Source of the DNA: Halodesulfovibrio sp.
Lineage (GTDB): Bacteria; Desulfobacterota; Desulfovibrionia; Desulfovibrionales; Desulfovibrionaceae
DNA: 64,000 nucleotides
Direction of reading: 5' to 3'
Assembly (NCBI GenBank): GCA_003252375.1
Contig: QKEJ01000111.1
Span: 594-64,593 of the forward strand
The notes under the pieces were generated by a model. That model was not told where the DNA came from, searched no databases, and saw only the letters and a list, made by a program, of their open reading frames with translations. Positions within the stretch are counted from its first letter, which is position 1; each line of letters opens with the position of its first letter. A program made the translations under genes and the position numbers. Below, one piece after another: positions 21,853 to 31,208 of the stretch.

Positions 21853-22353
21853 CTAGTGTGTAAGAGCACCCTCATGGGCGAGATGGAAGCGGCCCTGTTG
21901 CGGGGCATCGGGGCGCCACGGGTGTTCGGCAAGCATCATGCGGTAGCCGAACGACACATAGAGCGAAGTGTTGCCGGTATCCGGCTGCATGCGGAATTCA
22001 AAGGGGATGGCCCGCTCGGTGCCCAGAGCACGGGGGAGGATGTCCGTATGGGCGCTGGCGACCACGGTGCCGGAGCTGTCGCTCAGGTAGGCCGTAAAGG
22101 TCAGCTGGTCGTACCACGCCGCCCAGTCGGGAAAGAGTTCCGTGTTGGGGTAGGCCGTTCCCTGCAGCCCCACGCCCTGCTTGAGGGGCATGTTGCGGAA
22201 CTCGAAGCGCCAGAATTTCATGGCGATGGTCTGCGGCGTATCCGTCAGCCATGGACGGCGGTCCAGATGGTTCACACTCAGGTGGGTACAGCCGGCCAGA
22301 ATGGCCACAGCTGCAAGGAGCGAGAGGTACAGCGCAACTCCGGTGCGTTTCAT
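21853..22353 (-). CDS. putative lipoprotein
   Basis: MKR + hydrophobic stretch + LAGC lipobox. Confidence 0.75.
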   Translation of the reverse strand: MKRTGVALYLSLLAAVAILAGCTHLSVNHLDRRPWLTDTPQTIAMKFWRFEFRNMPLKQGVGLQGTAYPNTELFPDWAAWYDQLTFTAYLSDSSGTVVASAHTDILPRALGTERAIPFEFRMQPDTGNTSLYVSFGYRMMLAEHPWRPDAPQQGRFHLAHEGALTH

Positions 22354-22370
22354 CGAGTCTTCCCGTGTCT

Positions 22371-22982
22371 CTATTTGATGGATGGAGGGCCTTGCAGCAG
22401 CATTTCCGCAAGGGTCATGTTCACCTTGGGCAGCACGGCGAGTCGTTTGCCCACGTATGCCATTTCAAGCTGCACAAGCTCCTTGTACAACTCAGTCCGG
22501 TCAAGCGTGGGAACCGTCTCATCCGCCATGTCCGTAACATTGGACACGAAACGGTAGCAACCCGTAAAGACACGCCGGTCGCCGTTGGGCAGCAGCATGG
22601 TATTGCGGGTGCCGTGCAGGCGGCAGATCATGAGACGGTGCTGGTACAGGCCGCACAGCCCGTCGTCATTCACCGGGCACATGGCGCTGGGCTGCACGCC
22701 AAGCGCAAGCGCCTGCCGGTATTGCTCCACAACGTCCCGGGCACGGGAAAGATACAGGGCCCGTCGCTCCTCGGGCAGCTCGTTCATGCCTCGCCACAGG
22801 TAGCTCCACTCCACGTAGGTATGGTGCTGAAAGAAGCTGACGCAGCAGTTCTGCTGGCAGCCCTGGCAGGTCAGACCGGCCTCGGCTGCGGTCTGGGCAT
22901 AGGCAGAGGCCATGCGTTCGTATAGGTCGGCAAGGCGGGCGAAGATGCCCACGCCCTTGCCTCGGCGAGCGGATTTTTTCAT
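22371..22982 (-). CDS. YkgJ-like cysteine-cluster protein
   Basis: CQGCQQNCC ... CPVNDDGLCGLYQHRLMICRLHG pattern. Confidence 0.75.
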   Translation of the reverse strand: MKKSARRGKGVGIFARLADLYERMASAYAQTAAEAGLTCQGCQQNCCVSFFQHHTYVEWSYLWRGMNELPEERRALYLSRARDVVEQYRQALALGVQPSAMCPVNDDGLCGLYQHRLMICRLHGTRNTMLLPNGDRRVFTGCYRFVSNVTDMADETVPTLDRTELYKELVQLEMAYVGKRLAVLPKVNMTLAEMLLQGPPSIK

Positions 22983-22987
22983 GGGGA

Positions 22988-23530
22988 TTACCTGTTTGTC
23001 AGCCAGTCCCTGATGCGGGCGGCGCATGTCTCCGGATCAAGGGTATCGCACGACACCGTGAAGTCGGCGGCAGCCTCGTAGAGGGCCTTGCGTTCGTTGT
23101 AGAGGTCTTCCACGGTCTGGCCGGGAGCGATGGCGAGGCCACGCTCCGGGTTGCGGCTGATGCGTTCGAGGATGATGGGCAGGCTTACGTCAAGGTAGAC
23201 GACAGGCCCGAGCGTTTTTAGGTGGTCTACGGCGTACTGCCGATAGACGACGCTTCCCCCCGTGGATATGACGCTGCGGCGGGCGCCGATGCGGCTGATG
23301 ATGGCCCCTTCCACATCCAGGAATTCGTCCTTGCTCATGCTGTCGGCAACGTCCTGCAGACGGGTGCCGTAGTGGGCTTCAATAATATGGTCCGAGTCGA
23401 GGAAGGCCCAGCTGAGAAGCTGTGAGAGCGCCTTGCCCACGGTGGTCTTTCCCGCACCGGCCATGCCGATGATGGAAATGCACTCCTCGTCCGTGGCTAC
23501 AGGCTGGCGAAGGGGGGGCGTTTCAGACAT
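22988..23530 (-). CDS. shikimate-kinase-family kinase (possibly alternative homoserine kinase)
   Basis: IGMAGAGKTTVG Walker A, FLDSD, VISTGGSVV, ERKALY. Confidence 0.8.
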   Translation of the reverse strand: MSETPPLRQPVATDEECISIIGMAGAGKTTVGKALSQLLSWAFLDSDHIIEAHYGTRLQDVADSMSKDEFLDVEGAIISRIGARRSVISTGGSVVYRQYAVDHLKTLGPVVYLDVSLPIILERISRNPERGLAIAPGQTVEDLYNERKALYEAAADFTVSCDTLDPETCAARIRDWLTNR

Positions 23531-23632
23531 CCGGAGTCGTCCTTGGGCAGTTGAGGGTAACATGAGGGGCACCGGTAGTTGTGCCTTTGCCGGGGCGTTG
23601 TGTCAATGTTCCCGGGCGTGGGACGGACGCAG

Positions 23633-23666
23633 AAAAAAAGACAGGCCCGCGTGGGCGGGCCTGTCT
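23633..23666 (-). terminator. terminator of rplM-rpsI
   Basis: AGACAGGCCCGC-GTGG-GCGGGCCTGTCT with A7 tract on plus. Confidence 0.85.
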
Positions 23667-23706
23667 GCATGGCATTGGATCGATATACCCGCGGAGCGGA
23701 TACCGA

Positions 23707-24099
23707 TTAACGCTTGGAGTACTGGAACCGGGCGCGGGCTGCGCGCTGGCCGTACTTCTTACGTTCTTTCTTGCGTGCGTCACGGGTGAGGAAGCCAGCC
23801 TTCTTCAGCATGCCGCGCAGTTCGGCGTCAACTTCGAGCAGGGCGCGGGAGATGCCATGACGAACGGCCTGAGCCTGTCCGGACATGCCGCCGCCAGCGA
23901 CGTTGACCTTGATGTCGAACTTGCCGAGGGTCTTGGTCAGCTCCAGGGGCTGACGCACGACCATCTGCAGGGTCTTGCGGGGGAAGTAGTCTTCGTAGGG
24001 AAGATTGTTCACCAGAATCTGGCCCGTGCCAGCGTAGAGGCGGGTCCGAGCGGTGGCGTTCTTTCTTCTGCCGGTACCGTAATCAAATTCGTTGGACAT
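23707..24099 (-). CDS. rpsI: 30S ribosomal protein S9
   Basis: [41 protein letters not shown]. Confidence 0.98.
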   Translation of the reverse strand: MSNEFDYGTGRRKNATARTRLYAGTGQILVNNLPYEDYFPRKTLQMVVRQPLELTKTLGKFDIKVNVAGGGMSGQAQAVRHGISRALLEVDAELRGMLKKAGFLTRDARKKERKKYGQRAARARFQYSKR

Positions 24100-24121
24100 G
24101 TTGTTCTCCTGCCTCTAACTC

Positions 24122-24550
24122 TTAAAATTCCAGAGTCTGGGGATTCTGTGCAGCATGGGGATGCTCAGGACCAGCGTAGATCTTGAGCTTCTTCAGCATT
24201 GCAGCGCCGAGGCGGTTCTTGGGCAGCATGCCCTGAACAGCCTTGCGGATAACTTCTTCGGGCTTCCGGGCCAGCATGTCGGACAGGCTGGTCTCACGCA
24301 GGCCACCAACGTAGCCGGTGTACTTGTAGTACATCTTGTCGGCCATCTTGTTGCCGGTAACCTTGATCTTCTCGCAGTTCACAACCACGATGAAGTCGCC
24401 GTTGTCCATGTGGGGGGCGAATTCAGGCTTGTGCTTGCCGCGCAGGCGGTGAGCAATCTGAGTAGCGAGGCGACCGAGGATCTTGTCGTCGGCATCCACC
24501 ACGAACCATTCGCGGTTGATATCTTCAGGCTTGGGGCTGAACGTCTTCAT
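24122..24550 (-). CDS. rplM: 50S ribosomal protein L13
   Basis: [32 protein letters not shown]. Confidence 0.98.
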   Translation of the reverse strand: MKTFSPKPEDINREWFVVDADDKILGRLATQIAHRLRGKHKPEFAPHMDNGDFIVVVNCEKIKVTGNKMADKMYYKYTGYVGGLRETSLSDMLARKPEEVIRKAVQGMLPKNRLGAAMLKKLKIYAGPEHPHAAQNPQTLEF

Positions 24551-24588
24551 AATAATATACTCCTGAGTGCGAAGCTCGAAAGGCGAAC

Positions 24589-24617
24589 TTCATAGGGAGT
24601 TTTAAGTTCGTTGTCAA
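24589..24617 (-). promoter_or_regulatory. sigma70 promoter of rplM-rpsI
   Basis: Minus strand TTGACA-N17-TATGAA. Confidence 0.7.
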
Positions 24618-24903
24618 TAGTCGATAGCATCCGAGACAACATTTCCGAAGAAATATTGCATCCGATGGCGCGCCGACCATAATCGGCGTGCGCGGCCTGA
24701 CATGCAGGCCCGCTGCCCGGAGAGACGGCAGAGTTGGATTCCGCGTCACTGCAGGGGAGCATGGCCAAGGGAAGACGGGTAACGGGGGGGGCAAGGCCTT
24801 GCGGCCCTGGAAAAAACGTCAGTCCCTTGTGGAAACTGTTGCTCTTTATACCACCAACGCCTACCTTGCCAAGTGATTTTTTCAATTCCAGCAGGAGAGG
24901 CGT

Positions 24904-26145
24904 ATGTCCTATATCCGAAAGAGTCTGCTGCAGTTCACCTTTGCCGGTGCCTACATGAAGCGCTGGAACGACAAGTTGCGTCCCATGGAGCTTCTGGAGG
25001 TGGACAAGCAGGCTCACAAGATGATCGTGGCCTGGATGCTCTTTCAGCTCAACACCGAAGGCCGGTTGCAGGGCGAACGCATCAAGCTTGGCGAGGCCAT
25101 CGTGGAAGGGGGAATCTTCGACTACTTCTTCCGCCTTGTCATCACGGACATCAAGCCGCCCATCTACTACAAGATTCGTGAAAATCCCGGCCACTACGCC
25201 CAGCTCACCAAGTGGGTGCAGGGCGAGCTGGAACCGGTGCTCGCTCCCTTGGGCAACGGGTTCTGGGAACGCTTCCTCGTGTATATCGGCCGCGACCGCA
25301 AGAAGACCCTTGCGGACGAGATTCTCGATGCGGCTCACCTGTACGCCAGCAAGTGGGAGTTTGATCTGCTCAAGGGGCTGAACGGCTTTGATGACGAGAT
25401 TCCCGAAATCGACGCTTCCTTCGTGCAGCGTCTGGAGGGGTATTCGTATCTCAATGGCGTGCCCGAGCTGCTCTCCGGTTCCGATAATGCCCTGGGCAGG
25501 CTGGCCAACCTGTGCGGACAGTTGCGTTTCCAGAAACGCTGGTCCCAGACCCCGCGGGTGCCCGAAACCTCGGTCATCGGGCACATGTTTCTTGTGGCCT
25601 GCTACAGCTACTTCTTTTCCATCGCACAGGACGCCTGCGGAGCCCGTCGCCAGAACAACTTCTTCTGCGGCCTGTTCCACGACCTGCCCGAGCTGCTGAC
25701 CCGTGATATCATCTCGCCGGTCAAGAAGTCCGTTGACCAGCTCGACGCCTTCATCAAGGAATATGAGGAGCAGGAATTGGAGCGCCGCGTGCTCGGGCCG
25801 CTGCGCGCCGAGGGGCACGAGCGCCTTGCCTGGCGGCTCAGCTATTTCCTCGGTCTGGAAACAGGGTCGGAGTTCGACGAGAGCATCGTGGTGGACGGCG
25901 TGATCAAGAAGCTGAATTTCGATCAGCTTCAGGCGCACTACAACGAGGACCAGTTCGACCCCAAGGACGGGGTTATGCTCAAGGCGTGTGATACCATGGC
26001 CGCGTTCATCGAGGCGTACACGGCCGTGCGCAACGGCATCTCGGTGGACGAGCTGCACCAGGCCCTGTGGCGGCTGCGGCAGCAGCACAAGAAGCTTGTC
26101 ATCGGCAATATCCACATCGGCGCATTGTTTGCCGATTTCGATTGA
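24904..26145 (+). CDS. HD-domain protein with two YfbR-like (5'-deoxynucleotidase-type) repeats
   Basis: MKRWND...AH in the N-half; QKRWS...SVIGH...FHDLPE..TRDI...CD in the C-half; CAGGAGAGG RBS. Confidence 0.8.
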   Translation: MSYIRKSLLQFTFAGAYMKRWNDKLRPMELLEVDKQAHKMIVAWMLFQLNTEGRLQGERIKLGEAIVEGGIFDYFFRLVITDIKPPIYYKIRENPGHYAQLTKWVQGELEPVLAPLGNGFWERFLVYIGRDRKKTLADEILDAAHLYASKWEFDLLKGLNGFDDEIPEIDASFVQRLEGYSYLNGVPELLSGSDNALGRLANLCGQLRFQKRWSQTPRVPETSVIGHMFLVACYSYFFSIAQDACGARRQNNFFCGLFHDLPELLTRDIISPVKKSVDQLDAFIKEYEEQELERRVLGPLRAEGHERLAWRLSYFLGLETGSEFDESIVVDGVIKKLNFDQLQAHYNEDQFDPKDGVMLKACDTMAAFIEAYTAVRNGISVDELHQALWRLRQQHKKLVIGNIHIGALFADFD

Positions 26146-26253
26146 TCATGCCGAATGCGCTCCGGGCTTTACCTGAGCGACGCAAGCGGGTACAGTTTCC
26201 ATAATCCATTTTGGCAACAATACGACCGCCTTGTGCGGATTGAGGAGAATTGC

Positions 26254-26733
26254 ATGCTCTTACGTACACGAGCCTGGGACATTGTACGCGAAGACTACCC
26301 GGTACTCAGGGAATCCAGTTCGCTGGCTGACGCCATGCGCGAACTGAACAGGGTCAGCGACAGCGGCTGCCTGTGCGCACTGGTGATGGACGAGAACGGC
26401 AGGCTCAAAGGGGCCGTTTCCATGTGGGACACCGTGCGCTTCATGGAGGACAACCTGCTGCGGGGCAATGCGCTGCGCGGGCTGGACGAGAACCGCTTCG
26501 AGCAGATGTACACCAATGCCTGCAAGGTGGCCGGCTCCACGTGCGTGAAGGACATCATGGATACCGCCATGACCGTGGTTGCCCCGGACGAGCCGTTGCT
26601 CATTGTGCTGGAGGACTTTGTCAAGAAGGGCCGGAGCTATGCGGTGGTCAAGGAAGGCCCGCGGGTGCTCGGCGTGATCATGATCGCGGACATTTTCAAG
26701 GAGATTGGCGGGCAGATCGTCAGCCACGGCTGA
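26254..26733 (+). CDS. stand-alone CBS domain protein
   Basis: Two CBS repeats (LVMDENGRLKGAVS, VKDIM...VLGVIMIADI); GAGGAG RBS; TTTACC-N17-TACAGT upstream. Confidence 0.8.
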   Translation: MLLRTRAWDIVREDYPVLRESSSLADAMRELNRVSDSGCLCALVMDENGRLKGAVSMWDTVRFMEDNLLRGNALRGLDENRFEQMYTNACKVAGSTCVKDIMDTAMTVVAPDEPLLIVLEDFVKKGRSYAVVKEGPRVLGVIMIADIFKEIGGQIVSHG

Positions 26734-26753
26734 TCCGCTGCGTGCAGGAATAT

Positions 26754-26791
26754 GAAAAAGGCCCCGGAGCTGTTGCTCCGGGGCCTTTTTC
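26754..26791. terminator. bidirectional terminator
   Basis: GAAAAAGGCCCCGGAGC-TGTT-GCTCCGGGGCCTTTTTC. Confidence 0.9.
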
Positions 26792-27860
26792 ATGCGTCCT
26801 GATTGGTGGCGGGTTTTTCCTCGGCGCTCAGGGTGTGCGGCCTGGCGGTCGGTCCGCTGCCCGTGCGGAAGGCGTCCGTCATGAAGGCGTGGTACAGCAT
26901 GCCCGTATACCGCTCGTCATAGCGCTTCTTGTCCTCGGCGAGTCGTTTGGCCGCTTCCAGAAATTCCAGGGCCGGAGCGTGTATCCGCTTGGTGATCATG
27001 GCCGAAAACGAGTCGGCCACGGCAACCAGTCTCCCGAATTTGCTGATGCCCTCGCCCTTGAGCTTCTGGGGGTAGCCTGAGCCGTCCAGGCGCTCGTGGT
27101 GCTCAAGGGTGGCCTGACGCATCTCCTCGAACGCAATGCCTATCTTGTGCAGGATCTTGGCACCCAGAAGAGGGTGCGGAGTGATCTTGTCCTTTTCGTC
27201 GAGCTTCAGGGGGGTGGGCTTGGTGAGGATGAAGGGGGGGATCTTGGCCATGCCGATATCGTGGAGGAGCAGGCTGAGGGCGGCCCGGTCGAGATCACGG
27301 CGGCGATATTCATTGCGGACGGCAAAAAAGAGCCACAGGCCCACGGCCAGCGTGTTCATGGAGTGGGCGGCAAGGGTGTGCTCACGCGAGAGGCGGCGCA
27401 TGAAGAGCTTTATGCGATGCCTGTCCAGAAAGAGGTATTCCGTGAGTACCATCACATCCTGGTACAGCTTCTGGAAGACGGGCATGACGGGCTGCTCCGC
27501 AAAGTCGGAGACCCGGATCCCGAGCGCCAGCGTGATGACGTCCGCGATTTCGCCTTCCTTCAGGTTCTGGTCGACGAGGACCAGATCAAGCTGCTTGACG
27601 ATATGCTTGGAATAGACGGGGTGGTCTTCGCGCGAGACGAAGAGGTTGCCCTGTTCGCAAAGCTTGTGGGTCGCCTCGACCTGTTCGTTGGAGAGGCGGG
27701 CTCCCTTCCTGTACAGAGGTTGCAGGCGCCCAACGCTATCCTTGAATTCGAACAGGTCAACAGGCGGCCGGTATTTCGGAAAACTTTCCAGGATGGGAAG
27801 AGCTATCTGGTAGTACTCTTCCTGGATGCCGTCTGGAATGGAGCTGCTGGCTGCGCACAT
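26790..27860 (-). CDS. HD-GYP domain protein (putative cyclic dinucleotide phosphodiesterase)
   Basis: AHSMN, LHDIG, HPLLG, HHERLDGSGYP, VADSFSAM. Confidence 0.85.
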   Translation of the reverse strand: MCAASSSIPDGIQEEYYQIALPILESFPKYRPPVDLFEFKDSVGRLQPLYRKGARLSNEQVEATHKLCEQGNLFVSREDHPVYSKHIVKQLDLVLVDQNLKEGEIADVITLALGIRVSDFAEQPVMPVFQKLYQDVMVLTEYLFLDRHRIKLFMRRLSREHTLAAHSMNTLAVGLWLFFAVRNEYRRRDLDRAALSLLLHDIGMAKIPPFILTKPTPLKLDEKDKITPHPLLGAKILHKIGIAFEEMRQATLEHHERLDGSGYPQKLKGEGISKFGRLVAVADSFSAMITKRIHAPALEFLEAAKRLAEDKKRYDERYTGMLYHAFMTDAFRTGSGPTARPHTLSAEEKPATNQDA

Positions 27861-27861
27861 G

Positions 27862-29274
27862 CTATTTGTGATAAATTTTAACCAGGTTTGTCCCGCGCGC
27901 CTTGTCTCCCGGCTTGGGCTGGCCCGCAGTGATGACGACATTGGCCCCGTCCGGGAGGGTGGGGCAGGTTTCAATAAAGTCTTCGGCTCGTGCCAGATGG
28001 CCTGAAAGCTTGGTGTTCACGGTTTCCGGCTTGACGCCCCACGAGAAGTTCAGCCCGCGCAGGGACTCGGGGTCCGGGGTCAGGCCGTAGATGATCTGCC
28101 GCGGGCGGCGGGCCGAGAGCAGCCGTGCGGAAGAGCCGGACATGGAGTGCGAGACAATGGCGTCCGCACGGGTCTTTTCCGCCAGCAGGCAGGCGGAGTA
28201 GGCAAGGAAGTCGGGCGTGCCCTTCTCGCTGTCGGGCGGAAGGACCTGCCGTGATTCAAAATGGATTTCCTCGGCCTGCTTGGCAATCTCGACCATGAAG
28301 CTCACCGTTTCCACCGGGTATTTGCCCATGGCCGTCTCTTCGGAAAGCATGACGCAGTCCGCGCCGTCCAGTACCGCGTTGGCCACGTCCGTGGTCTCGG
28401 CGCGGGTGGGGGCCGGATTATTCACCATGGAAAGCAGCATCTGGGTGGCCACGATGACCGGTTTTGCCGCACGGTTGCAGGCGCGGATGATGCGCTTCTG
28501 CATGGCGGGCAGCATGGGCAGGGGGCATTCAACGCCCAGATCGCCTCTCGCTACCATGATCACGTCAGTCACGTCCAGAATGTCCTCAAGGCGGTCCACC
28601 GCATTCTGGCGCTCCAGCTTGGCAACAACGGGGATGTTCTTGCCGGCTTCCTTGATGATGGCCTTGGCCGTGAGGATGTCCTCGGGGGTCTGCACGTAGG
28701 AAAGGGCGCAGGCGTCAACTCCCAGGGCCAGACCGTCCCGCAGGTCCCGCTTGTCCTTGTCGGTCATGGCGGGCAGGTTCACCGGCTTGCCCGGCAGGGC
28801 AAGGCCCTTGCGCGAGGTGAGAATGCCGTTGTTCTGGCATTCCATCTCGAAGGCGCCGAGGGGGAGCTGTTCCGTGATGATGAACTGGAGAACCCCGTCA
28901 CTCAGGACGACCTTGTCCCCCACCTCAAGCGATTCCATGATGAGGGGGTTGTCGAACGGAATGAACGGCAGATCGCGAACCATCTCCGAGCCGGGCGCGC
29001 CCAGCACCACCCGTTCCCCCTGGTCGAGGGCGATGCTCCCCTGACGCAGTTCCCCGATGCGGATTTTCGGGCCGGACAGGTCTTGCAAAAGGGTGAGAGG
29101 GACACCGTGCGCCTTCTCCAGATCGCGAAGGAGCGCGATGAGATCCGTGAACATGGAGGCGTCGCCGTGCGAAAAGTTCAGGCGAAAGATGCGCACCCCT
29201 GTCTGGATCAGCCTGGTCAGGATTTCCGGCGAGTTGGACGCCGGACCGATGGTGGCGATAATTTTTGTTCTCAT
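27862..29274 (-). CDS. pyk: pyruvate kinase
   Basis: RTKIIATIGPAS, FRLNFSHG, DLSGPKIR, MVARGDLGVE, ATQMLLSM, PTRAETTDVANAVLDGADCVMLS. Confidence 0.97.
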   Translation of the reverse strand: MRTKIIATIGPASNSPEILTRLIQTGVRIFRLNFSHGDASMFTDLIALLRDLEKAHGVPLTLLQDLSGPKIRIGELRQGSIALDQGERVVLGAPGSEMVRDLPFIPFDNPLIMESLEVGDKVVLSDGVLQFIITEQLPLGAFEMECQNNGILTSRKGLALPGKPVNLPAMTDKDKRDLRDGLALGVDACALSYVQTPEDILTAKAIIKEAGKNIPVVAKLERQNAVDRLEDILDVTDVIMVARGDLGVECPLPMLPAMQKRIIRACNRAAKPVIVATQMLLSMVNNPAPTRAETTDVANAVLDGADCVMLSEETAMGKYPVETVSFMVEIAKQAEEIHFESRQVLPPDSEKGTPDFLAYSACLLAEKTRADAIVSHSMSGSSARLLSARRPRQIIYGLTPDPESLRGLNFSWGVKPETVNTKLSGHLARAEDFIETCPTLPDGANVVITAGQPKPGDKARGTNLVKIYHK

Positions 29275-29281
29275 AGCGGAA

Positions 29282-29310
29282 ATTCTTTGTGATTTGCACG
29301 TTGTTGTCAA
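29282..29310 (-). promoter_or_regulatory. sigma70 promoter directly upstream of the pyk start codon
   Basis: Minus strand TTGACA-N17-AAGAAT, ending 7 nt before the ATG. Confidence 0.55.
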
Positions 29311-29402
29311 GTGTAATTGTCTTTTGCGCCTCCATAACTCTACACTTATTCTAGATAAAAAAATCATGCACACTTGACACTTGTAACCATATAAAAGAAA
29401 AA

Positions 29403-29428
29403 GTGGTAAAGTGTGGTAAAAAGTGGTA
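29403..29428 (+). promoter_or_regulatory. MraZ-binding direct repeats
   Basis: GTGGTA at 29403, 29413 and 29423 (10-bp period) just upstream of mraZ. Confidence 0.8.
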
Positions 29429-29439
29429 GGGAATGGATC

Positions 29440-29892
29440 ATGTTGTTCAGAGGAAGATCCCATCGCAGCCTTGATCCCAAGGGAAGGCTCATGATGCCCC
29501 CGGAAATACGGGACATTCTTCTTTCGCGCTCGCAAGAGGGAAAGTTGGTGCTGACGACGTATGACCGCTGCGTGGTGGGATATCCTCTGCCTGACTGGGA
29601 AGAGTTCGAACAGAAGTTCCAGAAGCTGAAGACCCCTTCGCTCAAGGTTCGGAACTTCCGTCGTCTGGTCATCGGCGGAGCGGAGGAAATGGCGCTGGAC
29701 AAGCAGGGGCGCATCCGCATTTCGGCAGACCACATGGGCTACGCCGGGCTGGACAAGGACGTGATTCTTGTCGGTCAGGGCAACAAGTTCGAAATATGGG
29801 ACAAGGCGCGGTTCGAGGCGCTTATGGCTGAGGACACGTTTGACGACGTGGCGGACGAACTGGCCGACAGCGGGATCGACTTCCCGATTTAG
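29440..29892 (+). CDS. mraZ: division/cell wall cluster transcriptional repressor MraZ
   Basis: FRG...LDPKGRL and LDKQGRI repeats, [12 protein letters not shown]; first gene of dcw. Confidence 0.95.
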   Translation: MLFRGRSHRSLDPKGRLMMPPEIRDILLSRSQEGKLVLTTYDRCVVGYPLPDWEEFEQKFQKLKTPSLKVRNFRRLVIGGAEEMALDKQGRIRISADHMGYAGLDKDVILVGQGNKFEIWDKARFEALMAEDTFDDVADELADSGIDFPI

Positions 29893-29919
29893 CGCGACAG
29901 TCTAAGGAAGGGGAAGCCT

Positions 29920-30897
29920 GTGACACATGACGAGGAACGCAATCACTCCGGGGCAGAATGGAGTGATCATGTTCCCGTGCTCCTGAGCGAGGTACTCGAG
30001 TATCTCGCCCCGAAGCCCGGTGGATATTATCTTGACGGTACGCTGGGGCTTGGCGGACACAGCGAGGCCATCATGGAGGCTGCGTCAGGTCAGGCGCAGC
30101 TTGTCGGGCTGGACCGCGACATGGCAACCCTTGAGCGGGCCCGCCAGCGGCTTTCCCGTTTCGGCGACCGGGTCCACCTCTTCCATTCCCAATACAGTGA
30201 TTACGAAGCGGCTCTCGACGAGCTCGGGTGGGATCTTCTTGACGGAGCCCTGCTCGATATCGGCGTTTCCTCCATGCAGATCGATCAGGCGGACCGCGGG
30301 TTCAGCTTTCATGCGGACGGTCCCCTGGACATGCGCATGGACCCGGACGGTGATGCCAAGCCCGCCAGCTGGATCGTGAACAAGGCCAGCGCGGAAACCC
30401 TGCGCATGATCATCGGCAAGTACGGAGAAGATCCCATGGGTGGCCGGATTACCAACGCCATCCTGGAGGCCCGGGCCAAGGCGCCCATCGAAACCACGCT
30501 GGAGCTCGCCCGGATCGTGGAGATGGCATATCCCGCCAAGTGGCGCGCCCAGTCGCGCAACCATCCTGCCACCCGGACCTTCCAGGCGCTGCGCATGGCG
30601 GTCAACGGCGAGCTGGATGAGCTGCAGGCCTTTCTCGGAACCATCATTCCCCGCCTGCGCCCCGGCGGAAGAGTGGCCATCATTTCCTTCCATTCCCTTG
30701 AGGACAGGATGGTCAAGCACACGTTCGCCGCAGAGGCCAAGGGATGCATTTGCCCCCGGCAGATTCCGGTGTGTGTCTGCAATCATGTGGCCTCACTGAA
30801 AATTTTGACAAAGAAGCCCGTCACCGCAGGCGAAGAGGAGCTGAAGCGCAACCGTCGTTCCTCAAGCGCCAAGCTGCGTGTGGCGGAGCGGGTGTGA
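29920..30897 (+). CDS. rsmH: 16S rRNA m4C1402 methyltransferase
   Basis: HVPVLL, DGTLGLGGHS, DIGVSSMQ, PLDMRM, HPATRTFQALR, SFHSLEDR. Confidence 0.97.
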   Translation: MTHDEERNHSGAEWSDHVPVLLSEVLEYLAPKPGGYYLDGTLGLGGHSEAIMEAASGQAQLVGLDRDMATLERARQRLSRFGDRVHLFHSQYSDYEAALDELGWDLLDGALLDIGVSSMQIDQADRGFSFHADGPLDMRMDPDGDAKPASWIVNKASAETLRMIIGKYGEDPMGGRITNAILEARAKAPIETTLELARIVEMAYPAKWRAQSRNHPATRTFQALRMAVNGELDELQAFLGTIIPRLRPGGRVAIISFHSLEDRMVKHTFAAEAKGCICPRQIPVCVCNHVASLKILTKKPVTAGEEELKRNRRSSSAKLRVAERV

Positions 30898-30908
30898 TCG
30901 GAGCTCCT

Positions 30909-31193
30909 ATGGAAAGCAACATGAGCGGCTGGATTCTCGGAACCATTCTCACCGCCGTAACAAGCCTGGTGCTGGGCCTCACCCTCGTGTGGCTCAATAT
31001 CGAGCGCATGGACATCGCATACGGACTGCAGAAATTGCAGGTGGAACTGGACAGGGATTCCGCGCATGCCGCCAAGCTGGAAGTGGAACGGGACAACCTG
31101 CTTTCGCCGTACCGATTGCGGCAAAAGGCGCAGGAACTGGGCATGCGTCCGGCGGTACCCGGTCAGATTCGGAGACTGGAAGACGTTCAATAG
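30909..31193 (+). CDS. ftsL: cell division protein FtsL-like
   Basis: Short TM + coiled coil + A.ELGM motif, between rsmH and ftsI. Confidence 0.8.
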   Translation: MESNMSGWILGTILTAVTSLVLGLTLVWLNIERMDIAYGLQKLQVELDRDSAHAAKLEVERDNLLSPYRLRQKAQELGMRPAVPGQIRRLEDVQ

Positions 31194-31208
31194 CATCCGG
31201 AGAAAGGT

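Noticed and set aside
29374-29395. TTGACA and TATAAA as the mraZ promoter
   Set aside because: Only 10 nt apart; I could not assign a properly spaced -35/-10 pair
27862-29733. N-terminally extended ORF-track versions of pyk, HD-GYP, PaaI, pyrH, degT, rpsB and others
   Set aside because: The extensions overlap neighbouring genes or promoters and precede the family N-terminus; downstream starts were used
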